DNA of 64,000 nt from Bacteroidia bacterium (GTDB lineage Bacteria > Bacteroidota > Bacteroidia > NS11-12g > UBA9320), in the NCBI GenBank assembly GCA_017857855.1, contig JAFMCI010000003.1, positions 795 through 64,794 on the forward strand. Direction: 5' to 3'. Numbering within the stretch: position 1 is the first letter of the stretch; the number at the start of each line of letters is the position of its first letter. Position numbers and translations under genes: made by a program. The notes under the pieces were generated by a model. That model worked only from the letters and a program-made list of their open reading frames with translations, had not been told where the DNA came from and did no database searches. Below, piece by piece: positions 17,323-28,246 of the stretch.

Positions 17323-19785
17323 TTGGACAATTTCGACCCTCGTCAAACACTGTTTATTGAGGTTTTACTTCCCTTAAACCTTAGTAATACCTTCACCTAT
17401 CGGGTTCCATACGAGCTCAACGAAGAGGTGATTGTAGGAAAACGGGTAAGTGTTCCTTTCGGAAAAAGCAAGGTGATGGCCGGTCTTATCTTCAGTATTC
17501 AAGAGACACCACCCAAAGACTATCAAGCAAGGTATATCTTTGATATCCTTGATAACGAAACTATTGTGCACCCCTTTCAACTTGAATTATGGGTATGGAT
17601 GGCCAGTTATTACATGACCTCTCTTGGCTTAGTTTACAATGCGGCCATGCCTGCAGGTTTAAAACTAGAAGGTGAATCCAAGTTAATTCTAAACCCCGAT
17701 TATGAGCCTTCATTAGAATTAGATCCAAATGAATTTATTCTACTCGAAACATTAAAGGCGAACAAAGAAATTAGCATAGCTCAAGCTTCGAGCTTACTTA
17801 AACTAAAACAAATACATAAGTACATCCATTCATTATATCTAAAAGGATGCATATTATTAAAAGAAGACATTAACGAAGTTTATAAGCCTAAAGTAGTTAA
17901 TTATATTACCATTAATCCTGATGTACAAAACGATAAGCAGCTTAACGTGCTGTTTGACGAACTGGAAAAAAGAGCGAAAAAGCAGCTACAAGCATTGATG
18001 ACGTTTATAGCCAAATACAGCATAACAGGAGAAGCAGAAAAAACAGATTTAGCCAAACACGACCTCACCAATAGTGCAATAAATGCGTTGATTGATAAAG
18101 GTGTTTTTGTGCAAGAAAGCCGAAACAAGTCACGCCTTAACTACTCTGAAAACCGAGAAGCGATTGAAGCGCTTGAAACAGAGCAAGAAGAGGCGTATCA
18201 CCAAATACAACTTGCTTTTTTAGACCAAAAACCAGCCTTACTCTTTGGCGTTACAGGAAGCGGAAAAACACACATCTATAGCAAGCTCATACAAGAAAAT
18301 ATCGAACAAGGCAAGCAAGTACTCTATCTTTTGCCGGAAATAGCGCTTACCAGCCAACTTATCGATCGACTGCAAAAATATTTTGGAGAATACTTGGTCG
18401 TATCTCATTCTAAATTTAGCAACAACGAGCGAGTTGAAGTATATAAAGCCATACATAGCGGCAAACCTCAACTTATAGTGGGTACTCGAAGTGCTATTTT
18501 TCAGCCCTTTCAAAATCTCGGATTAATCATCGTAGACGAAGAACACGAGAGTAGTTTTAAACAAAATGAGCCTGCTCCCAGATTTAATGCCAGAGACACT
18601 GCCCTTTACATAGCAAGTAAAAAAGGTGCTAATATTCTGCTAGGCAGCGCAACACCTGCGGTAGAATCTTACTATAATGCCACACACGGTAAATACGCAC
18701 TTGTGCAACTCACCAAACGCTATGACGGCGCTATAATGCCACATATAGAAATCGTCGATATGCAGGAGCAAAAAAAGCAAAAACGCATACGAGGCATTTT
18801 TAGTGACACACTTCTAGACGCTATTGCAGAAGCTAAAAAAAACAATAAACAGGTAATCCTTTTTCAAAACAAAAAAGGGTATGTGCCCGTGCTGGAGTGT
18901 AACGTATGTGCCTGGACACCTAAATGCCAAAACTGTGACATTTCACTAACGTTTTATAAATACCAAGAAAATCTACGCTGCCATTACTGCGGGTATACAC
19001 AAGAAGTAGTGAGTCAGTGCGGACTTTGTAACAACAAAGGAATTGAACTAATTGGGTATGGAACCGAGCGAATAGAAGACGAACTAACACTCTATATGCC
19101 CGAGCTTCGTGTAAAGCGAATGGACCAGAACACGACGCGATTAAAAAACGCACACAGCAACCTCATACACGAGTTTACCGAAGGTAAAATTGACGTCCTT
19201 ATCGGAACTCAAATGGTGGCCAAAGGTCTCGATTTTGAAAATGTAACCACCGTAGGCATACTCAATGCAGATCACCTCATTAACTTTCCTGACTTTAGAG
19301 CTAATGAACGTGCTTTTCAACTCATGACACAAGTGGCAGGACGAGCAGGTAGACGTAAGGAACAAGGCAAAGTGTATATTCAAACCTCTAAACCTGATCA
19401 TTTTGTGATTCAACAAATCGTAAATCACGATTATGTAGGCATGTACAATAACGATATTGCAGAGCGCAAATCATTTGACTATCCACCCTACTACAGACTC
19501 GTAAAAATAAGCCTCAAACACAAAGACCCTCTCCTACTGTCGCGGCTGGGAAGTATGGTAAAACAGCAGCTCATCGCTTATTTTGGGGATAGCCTACTGG
19601 GACCCGAAAAACCCTACGTGAGTAAAATTAGAAATTGGTACATCCTTAATTTTGTGCTAAAAATAGAAAATAACGGACCTGTAGTGCGCGAACAAAAAAG
19701 AATCCTGGGGTTGGCGGTAGACCAACTCAACAAACAAAAAGATTTTAGCCAAGCACGCATAATTGTGGATGTAGATCCTATGTAG
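17323..19785 (+). CDS. priA: primosomal replication-restart helicase PriA
   Basis: 'GVTGSGKTH', 'IIVDEEHE' and the Cys-rich zinc insert 'CNVCAWTPKCQNC...CHYCG...CGLC'. TTG start. Confidence 0.95.
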   Translation: MDNFDPRQTLFIEVLLPLNLSNTFTYRVPYELNEEVIVGKRVSVPFGKSKVMAGLIFSIQETPPKDYQARYIFDILDNETIVHPFQLELWVWMASYYMTSLGLVYNAAMPAGLKLEGESKLILNPDYEPSLELDPNEFILLETLKANKEISIAQASSLLKLKQIHKYIHSLYLKGCILLKEDINEVYKPKVVNYITINPDVQNDKQLNVLFDELEKRAKKQLQALMTFIAKYSITGEAEKTDLAKHDLTNSAINALIDKGVFVQESRNKSRLNYSENREAIEALETEQEEAYHQIQLAFLDQKPALLFGVTGSGKTHIYSKLIQENIEQGKQVLYLLPEIALTSQLIDRLQKYFGEYLVVSHSKFSNNERVEVYKAIHSGKPQLIVGTRSAIFQPFQNLGLIIVDEEHESSFKQNEPAPRFNARDTALYIASKKGANILLGSATPAVESYYNATHGKYALVQLTKRYDGAIMPHIEIVDMQEQKKQKRIRGIFSDTLLDAIAEAKKNNKQVILFQNKKGYVPVLECNVCAWTPKCQNCDISLTFYKYQENLRCHYCGYTQEVVSQCGLCNNKGIELIGYGTERIEDELTLYMPELRVKRMDQNTTRLKNAHSNLIHEFTEGKIDVLIGTQMVAKGLDFENVTTVGILNADHLINFPDFRANERAFQLMTQVAGRAGRRKEQGKVYIQTSKPDHFVIQQIVNHDYVGMYNNDIAERKSFDYPPYYRLVKISLKHKDPLLLSRLGSMVKQQLIAYFGDSLLGPEKPYVSKIRNWYILNFVLKIENNGPVVREQKRILGLAVDQLNKQKDFSQARIIVDVDPM

Positions 19786-19798
19786 TTTTTTTTAACCT

Positions 19799-20215
19799 AT
19801 GAGACATAAAATAATAGCTACCTTCATCGTTTTTAGTAGTTTTGGATTTAACGCTTCTCCAACCATAAACATACAAGGAAAATGGATAGCAGAGTGCGTT
19901 TGGTCTAGCAAATCATTACTGGAAGAATCTACCATTAGTAGACTGTGTCCATTGGTATACTTAACACCTAATAACACTTTGGATATCGGACCACTAGAGC
20001 TTTTTTTTGATTCAAACAATCTCTATATCGGGGATTCTGCAAAATCAGAAAAAGTAAACTACCGCTACAAAAGGAATAAGCTATCCTTTGTAAGTGATGA
20101 CATACCGTATACTTTCTATGTACAAGAGAGGCCACTTAACGAACATACCCTACGCCAGCTTACGCTTATTTCAACAGACAATAATCTAATCATTTTGACC
20201 CAAACAATTCGTTAA
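19799..20215 (+). CDS. hypothetical secreted protein
   Basis: N-terminal hydrophobic segment. No recognisable motifs. Confidence 0.4.
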   Translation: MRHKIIATFIVFSSFGFNASPTINIQGKWIAECVWSSKSLLEESTISRLCPLVYLTPNNTLDIGPLELFFDSNNLYIGDSAKSEKVNYRYKRNKLSFVSDDIPYTFYVQERPLNEHTLRQLTLISTDNNLIILTQTIR

Positions 20216-20265
20216 ACGTAAGTTATGCAACTTTCTTATTAGGGTATTAGTCTATATTCGTAGTA

Positions 20266-20700
20266 ATGAAATACACCATTTTATTTTTCTTTTTAATAGG
20301 TACTACTTTAGCAAATGGTCAAAAACGACCAGAAGCCACATTTGAGACAAAATCACAGCTATTTAACGATGTAGTTTTAGGTTCCAAATTGCGGGTAGTC
20401 TATTATTTTACCAATACAGGCGATGCGGATTTAGTACTAACAAGAGTAAAACCTACCTGCGGATGCACCGTGGCTGAGTATCCTACCTACGCCATAAAAG
20501 GAGGACAAAAAGATAGTATTGTTGCGACTTTTGATACGGACAAACGCATTGGATATAACGCAAAAGGCATTAATATAGAAAGTAACATAGGTGAAATTCA
20601 TTTGGTGTTTGAGGCATATGTAATAGATCCCAACGAAACTTCCCCCGCAGAAATAAAAGAGGAAGAACAAGAAGATCATACCGGACACAATCACGAGTAG
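20266..20700 (+). CDS. DUF1573 domain protein
   Basis: Signal peptide and 'VKPTCGCTV' motif typical of DUF1573. Acidic/His-rich tail 'EEEQEDHTGHNHE'. Confidence 0.7.
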   Translation: MKYTILFFFLIGTTLANGQKRPEATFETKSQLFNDVVLGSKLRVVYYFTNTGDADLVLTRVKPTCGCTVAEYPTYAIKGGQKDSIVATFDTDKRIGYNAKGINIESNIGEIHLVFEAYVIDPNETSPAEIKEEEQEDHTGHNHE

Positions 20701-20719
20701 TAATTGTTCTTGTAACGAT

Positions 20720-23251
20720 TTATATCTTCAAGATAAATCGCAAATTCAGCCGTCTTCCTGTCAAGTAGTTTGGCACACCATAAACCGTATTGGCAAAATC
20801 TTTAACGAGAATATAGGAGCTGGTGTTATTTACCTGTAAAAGGTTAAAAATCTCTAAACTCATCCATAACGATTCTGTATTCCTTAACCACATGGGTCTG
20901 CTCTCGCTTTTGGCATCAATCAATACTTTAGAAAACCCAATATCTACACGTCGGTAGGCTGGTATGGTAAAGCCCACTTTTTGTCTGTTCTCTGCATCAT
21001 AATAAAAAGGCATCGCACTCCCAAAAACAAGACCTAAATTCATTTTATAACTCGGGTTACTTGGCAACTCATCCTGAAATAAAATAGAGAAGTTTACCCG
21101 TTGATCTGTTGGTCGTTTTAACCAATCACTCAGTTGCTCCTGTCCGTTTTCGTCTTGGTAATACAATCTCTCTTTGGTTTGCATAATAGACATATTAAAC
21201 CAACTCTCCACTCCTTCTATAAACTCTCCATTCACCCGTGCATCTATTCCCGTGGCGTATCCTTGAGCAGTATTATCCGCTAAATAGCGTATTCTAACGT
21301 TGTCTACCACATACGGCACCATACGATCCAAGTGTTTGTAATACACTTCTGATATAAATTTAAAAGGCCTATTCCACGCTAAGAAATTAAGGTCTCCTCC
21401 CACCACAAAATGGATAGATTGCTGTGCTCTTAAATTGGCATTAATAACGCCGTTGAGATCTCTCAACTCTCTATAAAACGGAGGTTGGTAATAATACCCT
21501 GTGGCAAAACGCATTAACCAATCACGTTTACTTCTTAACTGTACTAAGTTTCGTAACGTATCTATGCTGTAATTAAAGTCAACCCTTGACAAGGAATCTT
21601 GCAAATGTTTGCGCAGCGTATCATTAGCTCTTTTATGTGGTTCCCAAGAAAGCTGAAGGCGAGGGCTTACAACATTTTCTTGGTTAAAACTCCAGTAGTT
21701 GGAACGAATACCATATGTCGCTCTAAAATTATTGGTCCGATCAAAAACTTGGGCATTTTGTATGTATCCGTTAAAACGGTAACTGGCCAGATTAATATTG
21801 GCTTTTACAAATTCATCTAGGATAATAGCATTGGGATCTCCAGTTCGCTCTCGTGTGGTAATATTATACTCACTACTATCATTGTATCTCCATTCTTTCA
21901 GCTTGTCTTTGATACGCTCATTGGTGTATCCAACTCCCCAGTTAATAGTTGATTTTTTGATAATGTAGCGCCCCTTGTGCGAAGCGGTATACACCTGAGC
22001 CTGAAGGTCGTTTCGTGCATGGTCAATAAAATAACCTACACCCAAAAGCCTTTTTTCATTGGCAAAATCTACCGACCCAAGATTCGTTTCTAATTCAGAT
22101 AATCGATAAGCACCTTCTACCGTAAAATGTTCACTTTCACTGGTGGTATAACTGCTGGTATTTAGTTTTAATTCTAATCGTTCCGAAGGTTGATACTCCA
22201 AACTCAGACCATTCATCCACGTGGTATATTGCATTACCTCTCCACCACCAAAGGCTATATTGAGACTGAGGGCACTATTAATACTTCCAAAACTAGTCTG
22301 TCGGCTTTCAGGCGTTACGGCGTATCTATTTTGAGATAAAGTAGTTAAGTATGATAAACTCAATGCGGAGTTTATTCGGTACCTCAATAATGTTTGAAAA
22401 TCAAAAAAACGAGGTTTGTACTCGCCTTGAACATCCAGAGTTCCTAATAAATACTGGTTACTTCTAAAGCGAAGACCCGTGAGATAGGTGAAGCGTTTGT
22501 TTTTTGATTTATCTTCAAAATGCACATTAGCCCCCAATAAACTTGCCTGAAACGTGGCAGCAAACGAATCGGGTTGGCGATACTTGATGTCTAAAGCCGA
22601 GGCTAGCTTATCCCCATACTTTGCTTGAAAACCACCCGCCGAGAATGAAACACTCTCAACCAAGTCGGGATTAATAACACTTAATCCTTCTTGCTGACCG
22701 CTTCGTACCAAAAAAGGTCTGTATATCTCAATATCATTGATATATACTAGATTCTCATCAAAGTTTCCTCCGCGCACACTATAAGCGGATGACTGATCTC
22801 CACCAGAAGTACTTATTCCCAAACCTATCAACTTAAGCTGTTGTTCAAATCCAGCCGTATTAGCAAATCTTTCGATTTCTTTTGGCTTAATCTTGATAAT
22901 AGGACCACGATCTACTTTTTGAGTAACTACCGCCGTACCAAATGAAGTTGATTGTAAGGTAAAATTCCTAGTTAGTTTAGACCCCGCAGATGTTGAAGAA
23001 ATTACACGTTCTATACGCTCCCCAAAATAAGTGACTTGTATAGTCGTTTGTTGGTCCGCCGGAACCTGTATCACGTAATTACCTTTATCGTCCGTTCTGG
23101 TTACTCTTCCTGTTTCAACAATTTTGATCAATACATCTAGTAGCGGCGCAAATTGATCATCATAAACCCTACCTGATACCGTGGCATATGATTGCCCAAA
23201 GCCTTGAATAGCTAAAAGTACAAAAAAGAATATCGATAAAATTCGTGTCAA
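20720..23251 (-). CDS. TonB-dependent receptor (CarboxypepD_reg + plug + barrel)
   Basis: Signal peptide, 'VSGRVYDD..PL..V.I' carboxypeptidase-regulatory-like domain, and ~840 aa of beta-barrel-like sequence. TTG start. Confidence 0.75.
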   Translation of the reverse strand: MTRILSIFFFVLLAIQGFGQSYATVSGRVYDDQFAPLLDVLIKIVETGRVTRTDDKGNYVIQVPADQQTTIQVTYFGERIERVISSTSAGSKLTRNFTLQSTSFGTAVVTQKVDRGPIIKIKPKEIERFANTAGFEQQLKLIGLGISTSGGDQSSAYSVRGGNFDENLVYINDIEIYRPFLVRSGQQEGLSVINPDLVESVSFSAGGFQAKYGDKLASALDIKYRQPDSFAATFQASLLGANVHFEDKSKNKRFTYLTGLRFRSNQYLLGTLDVQGEYKPRFFDFQTLLRYRINSALSLSYLTTLSQNRYAVTPESRQTSFGSINSALSLNIAFGGGEVMQYTTWMNGLSLEYQPSERLELKLNTSSYTTSESEHFTVEGAYRLSELETNLGSVDFANEKRLLGVGYFIDHARNDLQAQVYTASHKGRYIIKKSTINWGVGYTNERIKDKLKEWRYNDSSEYNITTRERTGDPNAIILDEFVKANINLASYRFNGYIQNAQVFDRTNNFRATYGIRSNYWSFNQENVVSPRLQLSWEPHKRANDTLRKHLQDSLSRVDFNYSIDTLRNLVQLRSKRDWLMRFATGYYYQPPFYRELRDLNGVINANLRAQQSIHFVVGGDLNFLAWNRPFKFISEVYYKHLDRMVPYVVDNVRIRYLADNTAQGYATGIDARVNGEFIEGVESWFNMSIMQTKERLYYQDENGQEQLSDWLKRPTDQRVNFSILFQDELPSNPSYKMNLGLVFGSAMPFYYDAENRQKVGFTIPAYRRVDIGFSKVLIDAKSESRPMWLRNTESLWMSLEIFNLLQVNNTSSYILVKDFANTVYGVPNYLTGRRLNLRFILKI

Positions 23252-23278
23252 AAAAGTTCTAACGTAGTAAGTCTAGAT

Positions 23279-23926
23279 CTATTGCTTTAGTTCCCATATG
23301 GTTTTAGTAGGATCGGCACTTGCAAATACCGAACTACCCGCTACCAATACATTAGCACCGCATTCCAGTAGTTTCTGGTAGTTTTCTACATTCACTCCGC
23401 CATCCACTTCGATAAACGGATGATGCCCCTTTAGCTCACAAATATTTTTGAGTTGTTGCAGCTTGGTATAGGTGTTTTCTATAAATTTTTGGCCACCAAA
23501 TCCTGGGTTTACGCTCATCACACAGATAAGATCGATTTCATTAAAAACATCGTTAAGTAAGTGTACTGGCGTATGCGGATTGATAGCAACACCAGCTAAA
23601 CAGCCCACTTCTCTAATGGCGCATAGCGTTCGATGCAAATGTGTACACGCTTCGTAATGAACCGTAATGACTTCGGCACCCGCATCTGCACAAGCTTGTA
23701 TGTACTCATCTGGATTTACAATCATTAAGTGCACATCCAGTGGCTTGGTAGCATGCTTGGCAATAGCTTGCATCACCGGAAAACCGAATGAAATATTAGG
23801 TACAAACACCCCATCCATTATATCTATATGAAACCAATCTGCTTCGCTTTCATTTACCATCTCTACATCGCGTTGTAAGTTGGCAAAGTCTGCCGCTAAA
23901 ACGGATGGCGCTATTTTATGAATCAT
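23279..23926 (-). CDS. rpe: ribulose-phosphate 3-epimerase
   Basis: 'APSVLAADF', 'HIDIMDG', 'MSVNPGFGGQKF', 'VDGG'. Confidence 0.95.
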   Translation of the reverse strand: MIHKIAPSVLAADFANLQRDVEMVNESEADWFHIDIMDGVFVPNISFGFPVMQAIAKHATKPLDVHLMIVNPDEYIQACADAGAEVITVHYEACTHLHRTLCAIREVGCLAGVAINPHTPVHLLNDVFNEIDLICVMSVNPGFGGQKFIENTYTKLQQLKNICELKGHHPFIEVDGGVNVENYQKLLECGANVLVAGSSVFASADPTKTIWELKQ

Positions 23927-24214
23927 TTATGAATAAAAATTTATGTCGTTTATTATTTCGTTGCCGGCAAATGTATTTACCTTCTCTATCAATACAAGTT
24001 TGTGGTACCTTAATTCATTTTTGAGCGGTGCAGAAGATAAGGTTAAATGAAGTGTTTTTTTAGCGATGTATACTTTGACCGTTTTCTGTGCGATCATAGT
24101 TCCAACCACACTTTCCCAGCTATTGATCACTGCGGTTTCTTGATATTTATTTCCCTGCTGATACGATGAAAATAATTTTTTCATCAGTTCTTGTATGGTT
24201 TTCTCTTCTGACAA
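23927..24214 (-). CDS. DUF721 (DciA-like) protein
   Basis: 95 aa, immediately downstream of recF as in many bacteria. Its stop abuts the rpe ATG. Confidence 0.6.
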   Translation of the reverse strand: MSEEKTIQELMKKLFSSYQQGNKYQETAVINSWESVVGTMIAQKTVKVYIAKKTLHLTLSSAPLKNELRYHKLVLIEKVNTFAGNEIINDINFYS

Positions 24215-24223
24215 TGTTCTGAT

Positions 24224-25291
24224 TTAAGCTAATAATAGTGTAGTGTACGGCTTACCAATAGCCTCACAAAAAGCGGTAAGGCGATGCTCATTCGTATCGG
24301 TTATAAATATCTGTCCAAAGTTATCATTTTTAATAATCTGTGTAAGCACTTGCGCTCTTTCTTCATCTATTTTTTCAAAAATATCATCCAACAACAGAAA
24401 AGGATTCTTTGAGGTATGCTTTTGTAAATACTTGTATTCTGCCAATTTTAGTGCAATTAGTGAAGACTTAATTTGACCTTGTGAGCCATATTTACGCAAA
24501 CTCAATCCTCCAAGTTCGAGTTCCAATTCATCCTTGTGAACACCTCCATTACTGCGCTGCAATACCAAATCTTTCGACCTACAATGGGCCGCTACATCTA
24601 GATATGAATTAGATTGCAATTGACTCGTATAATGCAAAATAATACGTTCACGTTCTCCTGAAATCCGGTGATATTCATTTGCAAAAACGGCACTAAATTC
24701 ACTTAAAAACGTTTCTCTTTTAGCGTAAATAGCTTGCGCAAGTGGAGCAATTTGAGTGTCCAACGTTTGAATTAAGGCATCGTCAATCATATCCTGTTTC
24801 AAATGTTTATTGCGATGATCCAGTAACTTATTATACGTCATCAAATCTATCAAATGACCGCCATCTACCTGACAAAGTATTTGATTAATAAATGATCTTC
24901 GTTTTTCATTAGCTCCATAAACCAACTCAATATCACTAGGAGCAATGACCACCGCCAGAAACTGGCCGATGTGCTCCAGCATTTTTTTATAGGGCACCCC
25001 ATCACGCTCTATTACTTTTCGGCCACCTCTTTTTAACTTTATTTTTAAGTCGGTAAGCTTGTCCGTTTTAAGTTTAGCAATAATACCAGATTGTAAGGCA
25101 TCATTTTGGATACACTGCACATCTGTGGAAGCAAAATAAGATTTACCCACACACAAGAAATGAATAGCATCGAGAATAGAGGTTTTACCTGCACCGTTTA
25201 ATCCTGCTATGGCAACGACATCATCAACCCCTTCCCATTTGAAATCGGAATGATTTTTAAAAAATATAAGAGAAAGACTTTGTAGCTTCAA
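24224..25291 (-). CDS. recF: DNA replication and repair protein RecF
   Basis: 'GLNGAGKTSILDAI' Walker A, SMC-like signature region and 'LLLDDIF' Walker B. TTG start. Confidence 0.95.
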   Translation of the reverse strand: MKLQSLSLIFFKNHSDFKWEGVDDVVAIAGLNGAGKTSILDAIHFLCVGKSYFASTDVQCIQNDALQSGIIAKLKTDKLTDLKIKLKRGGRKVIERDGVPYKKMLEHIGQFLAVVIAPSDIELVYGANEKRRSFINQILCQVDGGHLIDLMTYNKLLDHRNKHLKQDMIDDALIQTLDTQIAPLAQAIYAKRETFLSEFSAVFANEYHRISGERERIILHYTSQLQSNSYLDVAAHCRSKDLVLQRSNGGVHKDELELELGGLSLRKYGSQGQIKSSLIALKLAEYKYLQKHTSKNPFLLLDDIFEKIDEERAQVLTQIIKNDNFGQIFITDTNEHRLTAFCEAIGKPYTTLLLA

Positions 25292-25318
25292 AGGTGTTTT
25301 TTACGGAATTTAAATTGT

Positions 25319-25326
25319 TATTTTTG
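25319..25326 (+). promoter_or_regulatory. candidate Bacteroidota -7 promoter box (TAnnTTTG) for pdhA
   Basis: 'tatttttg' lies 16 nt upstream of the pdhA ATG. No clear -33 TTG. Confidence 0.3.
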
Positions 25327-25342
25327 CCGCTCCAAATATAAA

Positions 25343-26335
25343 ATGGCAAAAGCAAAGCACACCAAAGAAACTTACATTGATTGGTACAGATTAATGTTGC
25401 TCATCAGAAGATTTGAAGAAAAATCTGCTCAAATGTACGGACAAAACAAGATAAGAGGGTTTTGTCACCTATATATAGGTCAAGAAGCAGTTGTTGCAGG
25501 TATGGTATCAGCCAAGCAAAAAGGCGACAAAGTAATTACAGCATATCGTGATCATGGTCATGCTTTAGCAATGGGGATACCCGCAAATGCAGTTATGGCT
25601 GAGCTATTTGGAAGAATAGACGGTTGTAGCAAAGGCAAAGGTGGTAGTATGCACATGTTTAGCAAGGAACACGATTTCTTTGGCGGACACGGTATTGTTG
25701 GAGGTCAAATTCCACTTGGTGCTGGAATCGCACTAGCCGAACAATATAACGGTACAGACAATGTGTGTTTCTGCTATATGGGTGATGGTGCTGTAAGACA
25801 AGGTGCTTTACACGAAACATTCAATATGGCTATGGTATGGAATTTACCTGTAGTATTCATCTGTGAAAATAACAATTACGCAATGGGAACTTCTGTAGAA
25901 CGTACCACGAACGTACTTGATATTTATAAAATAGCTTCAGGATTTGATATGCCAGCTGAACAAGTAGATGGCATGAGTTGCGAAGCCGTACATGAAAGCA
26001 TGGAACGCGCCGCTAAACGAGGAAGAGAAGGCAAAGGACCAACATTTGTAGAGCTTAAAACGTATAGATACAGAGGGCATTCTATGTCAGACCCTGCTAA
26101 ATACAGAACAAAAGACGAAGTCATAGAATATCAAAAAATTGATCCAATAGAGGTGGTTAAAGAAACCATTCTAAAAAATAAATATATGACTCAAAAGGAA
26201 TTGGACGCTATGGATGAAGAGATTGAAAAAGAAGTAGCAGACTCTGTAGAATTTGCAGACAACTCACCATTCCCTGATGCATCTGAGCTATACACAGATG
26301 TATATGAAACAGAATACCCTTTTATAGTAGAATAA
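25343..26335 (+). CDS. pdhA: pyruvate dehydrogenase E1 component, alpha subunit
   Basis: 'YRDHGH', 'YMGDGAVRQG' (TPP motif), 'ENNNYAMGT', 'YRYRGHSMSD'. Confidence 0.9.
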   Translation: MAKAKHTKETYIDWYRLMLLIRRFEEKSAQMYGQNKIRGFCHLYIGQEAVVAGMVSAKQKGDKVITAYRDHGHALAMGIPANAVMAELFGRIDGCSKGKGGSMHMFSKEHDFFGGHGIVGGQIPLGAGIALAEQYNGTDNVCFCYMGDGAVRQGALHETFNMAMVWNLPVVFICENNNYAMGTSVERTTNVLDIYKIASGFDMPAEQVDGMSCEAVHESMERAAKRGREGKGPTFVELKTYRYRGHSMSDPAKYRTKDEVIEYQKIDPIEVVKETILKNKYMTQKELDAMDEEIEKEVADSVEFADNSPFPDASELYTDVYETEYPFIVE

Positions 26336-26362
26336 GTATATTTTTGCAGACTTTTAAAGAAA

Positions 26363-27040
26363 ATGAGTACAGAAGAACAAATCATCGATTCAAAGGGCAT
26401 TCAGTCAATATCTGAATTTTACGAAAAAAACAAAAAGAACGTATCTATTGCAGGTATTGCTCTTATTGTATTAGCTGCAGGTATTTGGTATTACAAAAGC
26501 ATATATACGCCAGCATTAGAAGAAGAAGCTAACGATAGCTTCTTTATGGCTGAAAGATACTATGCTATGGATTCACTTGACCTTGCATTGAATGGTGATG
26601 CTGCAAAATTCATGGGCATGATAGAACTTTCCGACGAATATAGTGGCACCAAAGTAGGCCAACGCGCTTCTTATTTTGCTGGTCGTATTCTTTTACAAAA
26701 AGGAAAATACGATGAAGCCCTAGACTATTTAGAAGATGTAACCATGGAAGATGAAATAATGGCTGCACAGGTTATAACTTTACAAGGTGACTGTCTTTCT
26801 GAGCTAGAAAAATATGAAGATGCTGCAGATAAATATATGAAAGCTGCAAATCACAGAAACAATAGTGTATCAACACCATATGCACTATTAAAAGCTGGTA
26901 TGGCATACGAAGAAGCAAAAGCATATGACGACGCTTATGAGGCATATGAGCTTATTTTTAATGACTATAGCGATTCTAAATACGCCCAAAATATCGAGCT
27001 CAGAATGGCTCGTGCTAAGGCTAAAATGACTGCACAGTAA
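26363..27040 (+). CDS. membrane-anchored tetratricopeptide-repeat-like protein
   Basis: Single N-terminal TM segment ('VSIAGIALIVLAAGIWYY') followed by helical A/Y/E-rich TPR-like repeats. Confidence 0.5.
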   Translation: MSTEEQIIDSKGIQSISEFYEKNKKNVSIAGIALIVLAAGIWYYKSIYTPALEEEANDSFFMAERYYAMDSLDLALNGDAAKFMGMIELSDEYSGTKVGQRASYFAGRILLQKGKYDEALDYLEDVTMEDEIMAAQVITLQGDCLSELEKYEDAADKYMKAANHRNNSVSTPYALLKAGMAYEEAKAYDDAYEAYELIFNDYSDSKYAQNIELRMARAKAKMTAQ

Positions 27041-27049
27041 TCCCTATTA

Positions 27050-27526
27050 ATGGCAGACTACGCAAGTCAAACATTTCTGAATCAAAAAATAAATCTACCT
27101 CACACCCATTTTAAAATTGGTGTAGTAACGGCTTTGTGGAACAGTGAAATTACCTCCAAACTAAAAGCCGGGGCTCTCAAAACGTTAACCGAAGCAGGTA
27201 TTCCTTCCGAAAACATTAAAGTATGGGATGTACCTGGATCGTATGAACTCATATATGGAGCCAACAAACTGGCTACCGACGGATATGACGCTGTAATATG
27301 TCTTGGCGTAGTCATACAAGGTGAAACCCGTCATTTTGATTTTATATGTGATGCGGTGGCCAACGGCATAGCCAACGTAACCATCAAGCACAACATTCCT
27401 GTAGCATTTGGGCTACTCACTACAGACACTCAACTACAAGCCATAGAGCGATCAGGAGGCAAACACGGCCACAAAGGCGAAGAAGCAGCTTGGACGGTGC
27501 TGAAGTTGTTGGGAGAATCTAACTGA
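27050..27526 (+). CDS. ribH: 6,7-dimethyl-8-ribityllumazine synthase
   Basis: 'VPGSYELIY', 'LGVVIQGETRHFDFI', 'GLLT'. Confidence 0.95.
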   Translation: MADYASQTFLNQKINLPHTHFKIGVVTALWNSEITSKLKAGALKTLTEAGIPSENIKVWDVPGSYELIYGANKLATDGYDAVICLGVVIQGETRHFDFICDAVANGIANVTIKHNIPVAFGLLTTDTQLQAIERSGGKHGHKGEEAAWTVLKLLGESN

Positions 27527-27540
27527 AAAAAAGACTAACA

Positions 27541-27578
27541 AAAAAGGCTCAATTAGTATAAACTAATTGAGCCTTTTT
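27541..27578. terminator. bidirectional rho-independent terminator (ribH / deoxynucleoside kinase)
   Basis: Perfect 12-bp stem ggctcaattagt (27546-27557) / actaattgagcc (27562-27573), 4-nt loop, flanked by an A-run and a T-run, between convergent genes. Confidence 0.7.
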
Positions 27579-27599
27579 GCTGTAGTTTACATTTTTAAT

Positions 27600-28214
27600 C
27601 TAGAACAATCCATTAATCTCTGCATCAATTTTACTAATAATGCTTCCAAGATGTTCTGGGTTATTCTCAAAATCAATGTCATCTACATCGATAATTAATA
27701 AATTTCCTTCTTTATAGGTACTTATCCAAGCTTCATATCGCTCGTTTAGCCTTTTGAGGTAATCTAATCGAATACTGTCTTCATATTCTCTTCCTCTTTT
27801 CTGTATTTGGCTAACCAAATTCCCGATAGAACTTCTAAGGTAAATCATTAAGTCTGGCGCATCTACCGACGTTTTGATATTGGTAAACAACGCTTGGTAC
27901 GTATCAAAGTCACGTGTACTCATAAGGCCCATAGCATGTAAGTTAGGCGCGAATATGTATGCATCTTCGTAAATAGTCCTGTCTTGCACTATAGTATTTG
28001 GACTATCTTTGGCTTGTAACAAACTATGAAATCGGGTATGTAAAAAATAAATTTGTAGATTAAACGACCAACGAGTCATGTCGTCATAAAAATCAGTGAT
28101 ATACGGATTATTATCCATGGCTTCATAATGAGGTTCCCACTCAAAATGTTTTGATAAGAGTCTCGTAAGTGTTGTTTTACCTGATCCTATGTTACCTGCT
28201 ATAGCTATATGCAT
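27600..28214 (-). CDS. deoxynucleoside kinase
   Basis: 'IAGNIGSGKTT' P-loop, 'DRTIYED', 'RGREYE'. dCK/dGK-family length. Confidence 0.85.
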   Translation of the reverse strand: MHIAIAGNIGSGKTTLTRLLSKHFEWEPHYEAMDNNPYITDFYDDMTRWSFNLQIYFLHTRFHSLLQAKDSPNTIVQDRTIYEDAYIFAPNLHAMGLMSTRDFDTYQALFTNIKTSVDAPDLMIYLRSSIGNLVSQIQKRGREYEDSIRLDYLKRLNERYEAWISTYKEGNLLIIDVDDIDFENNPEHLGSIISKIDAEINGLF

Positions 28215-28246
28215 CTTCGTTATTTTATCTTAGTTAGTTTTGTTTC

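Noticed and set aside
25343-27040. pdhA without an adjacent E1-beta or E2 gene (followed by a TPR-like protein and ribH).
   Set aside because: Dispersed pdh genes are common in Bacteroidota. The gene looks intact with all TPP motifs, so this is not evidence of anything unusual.
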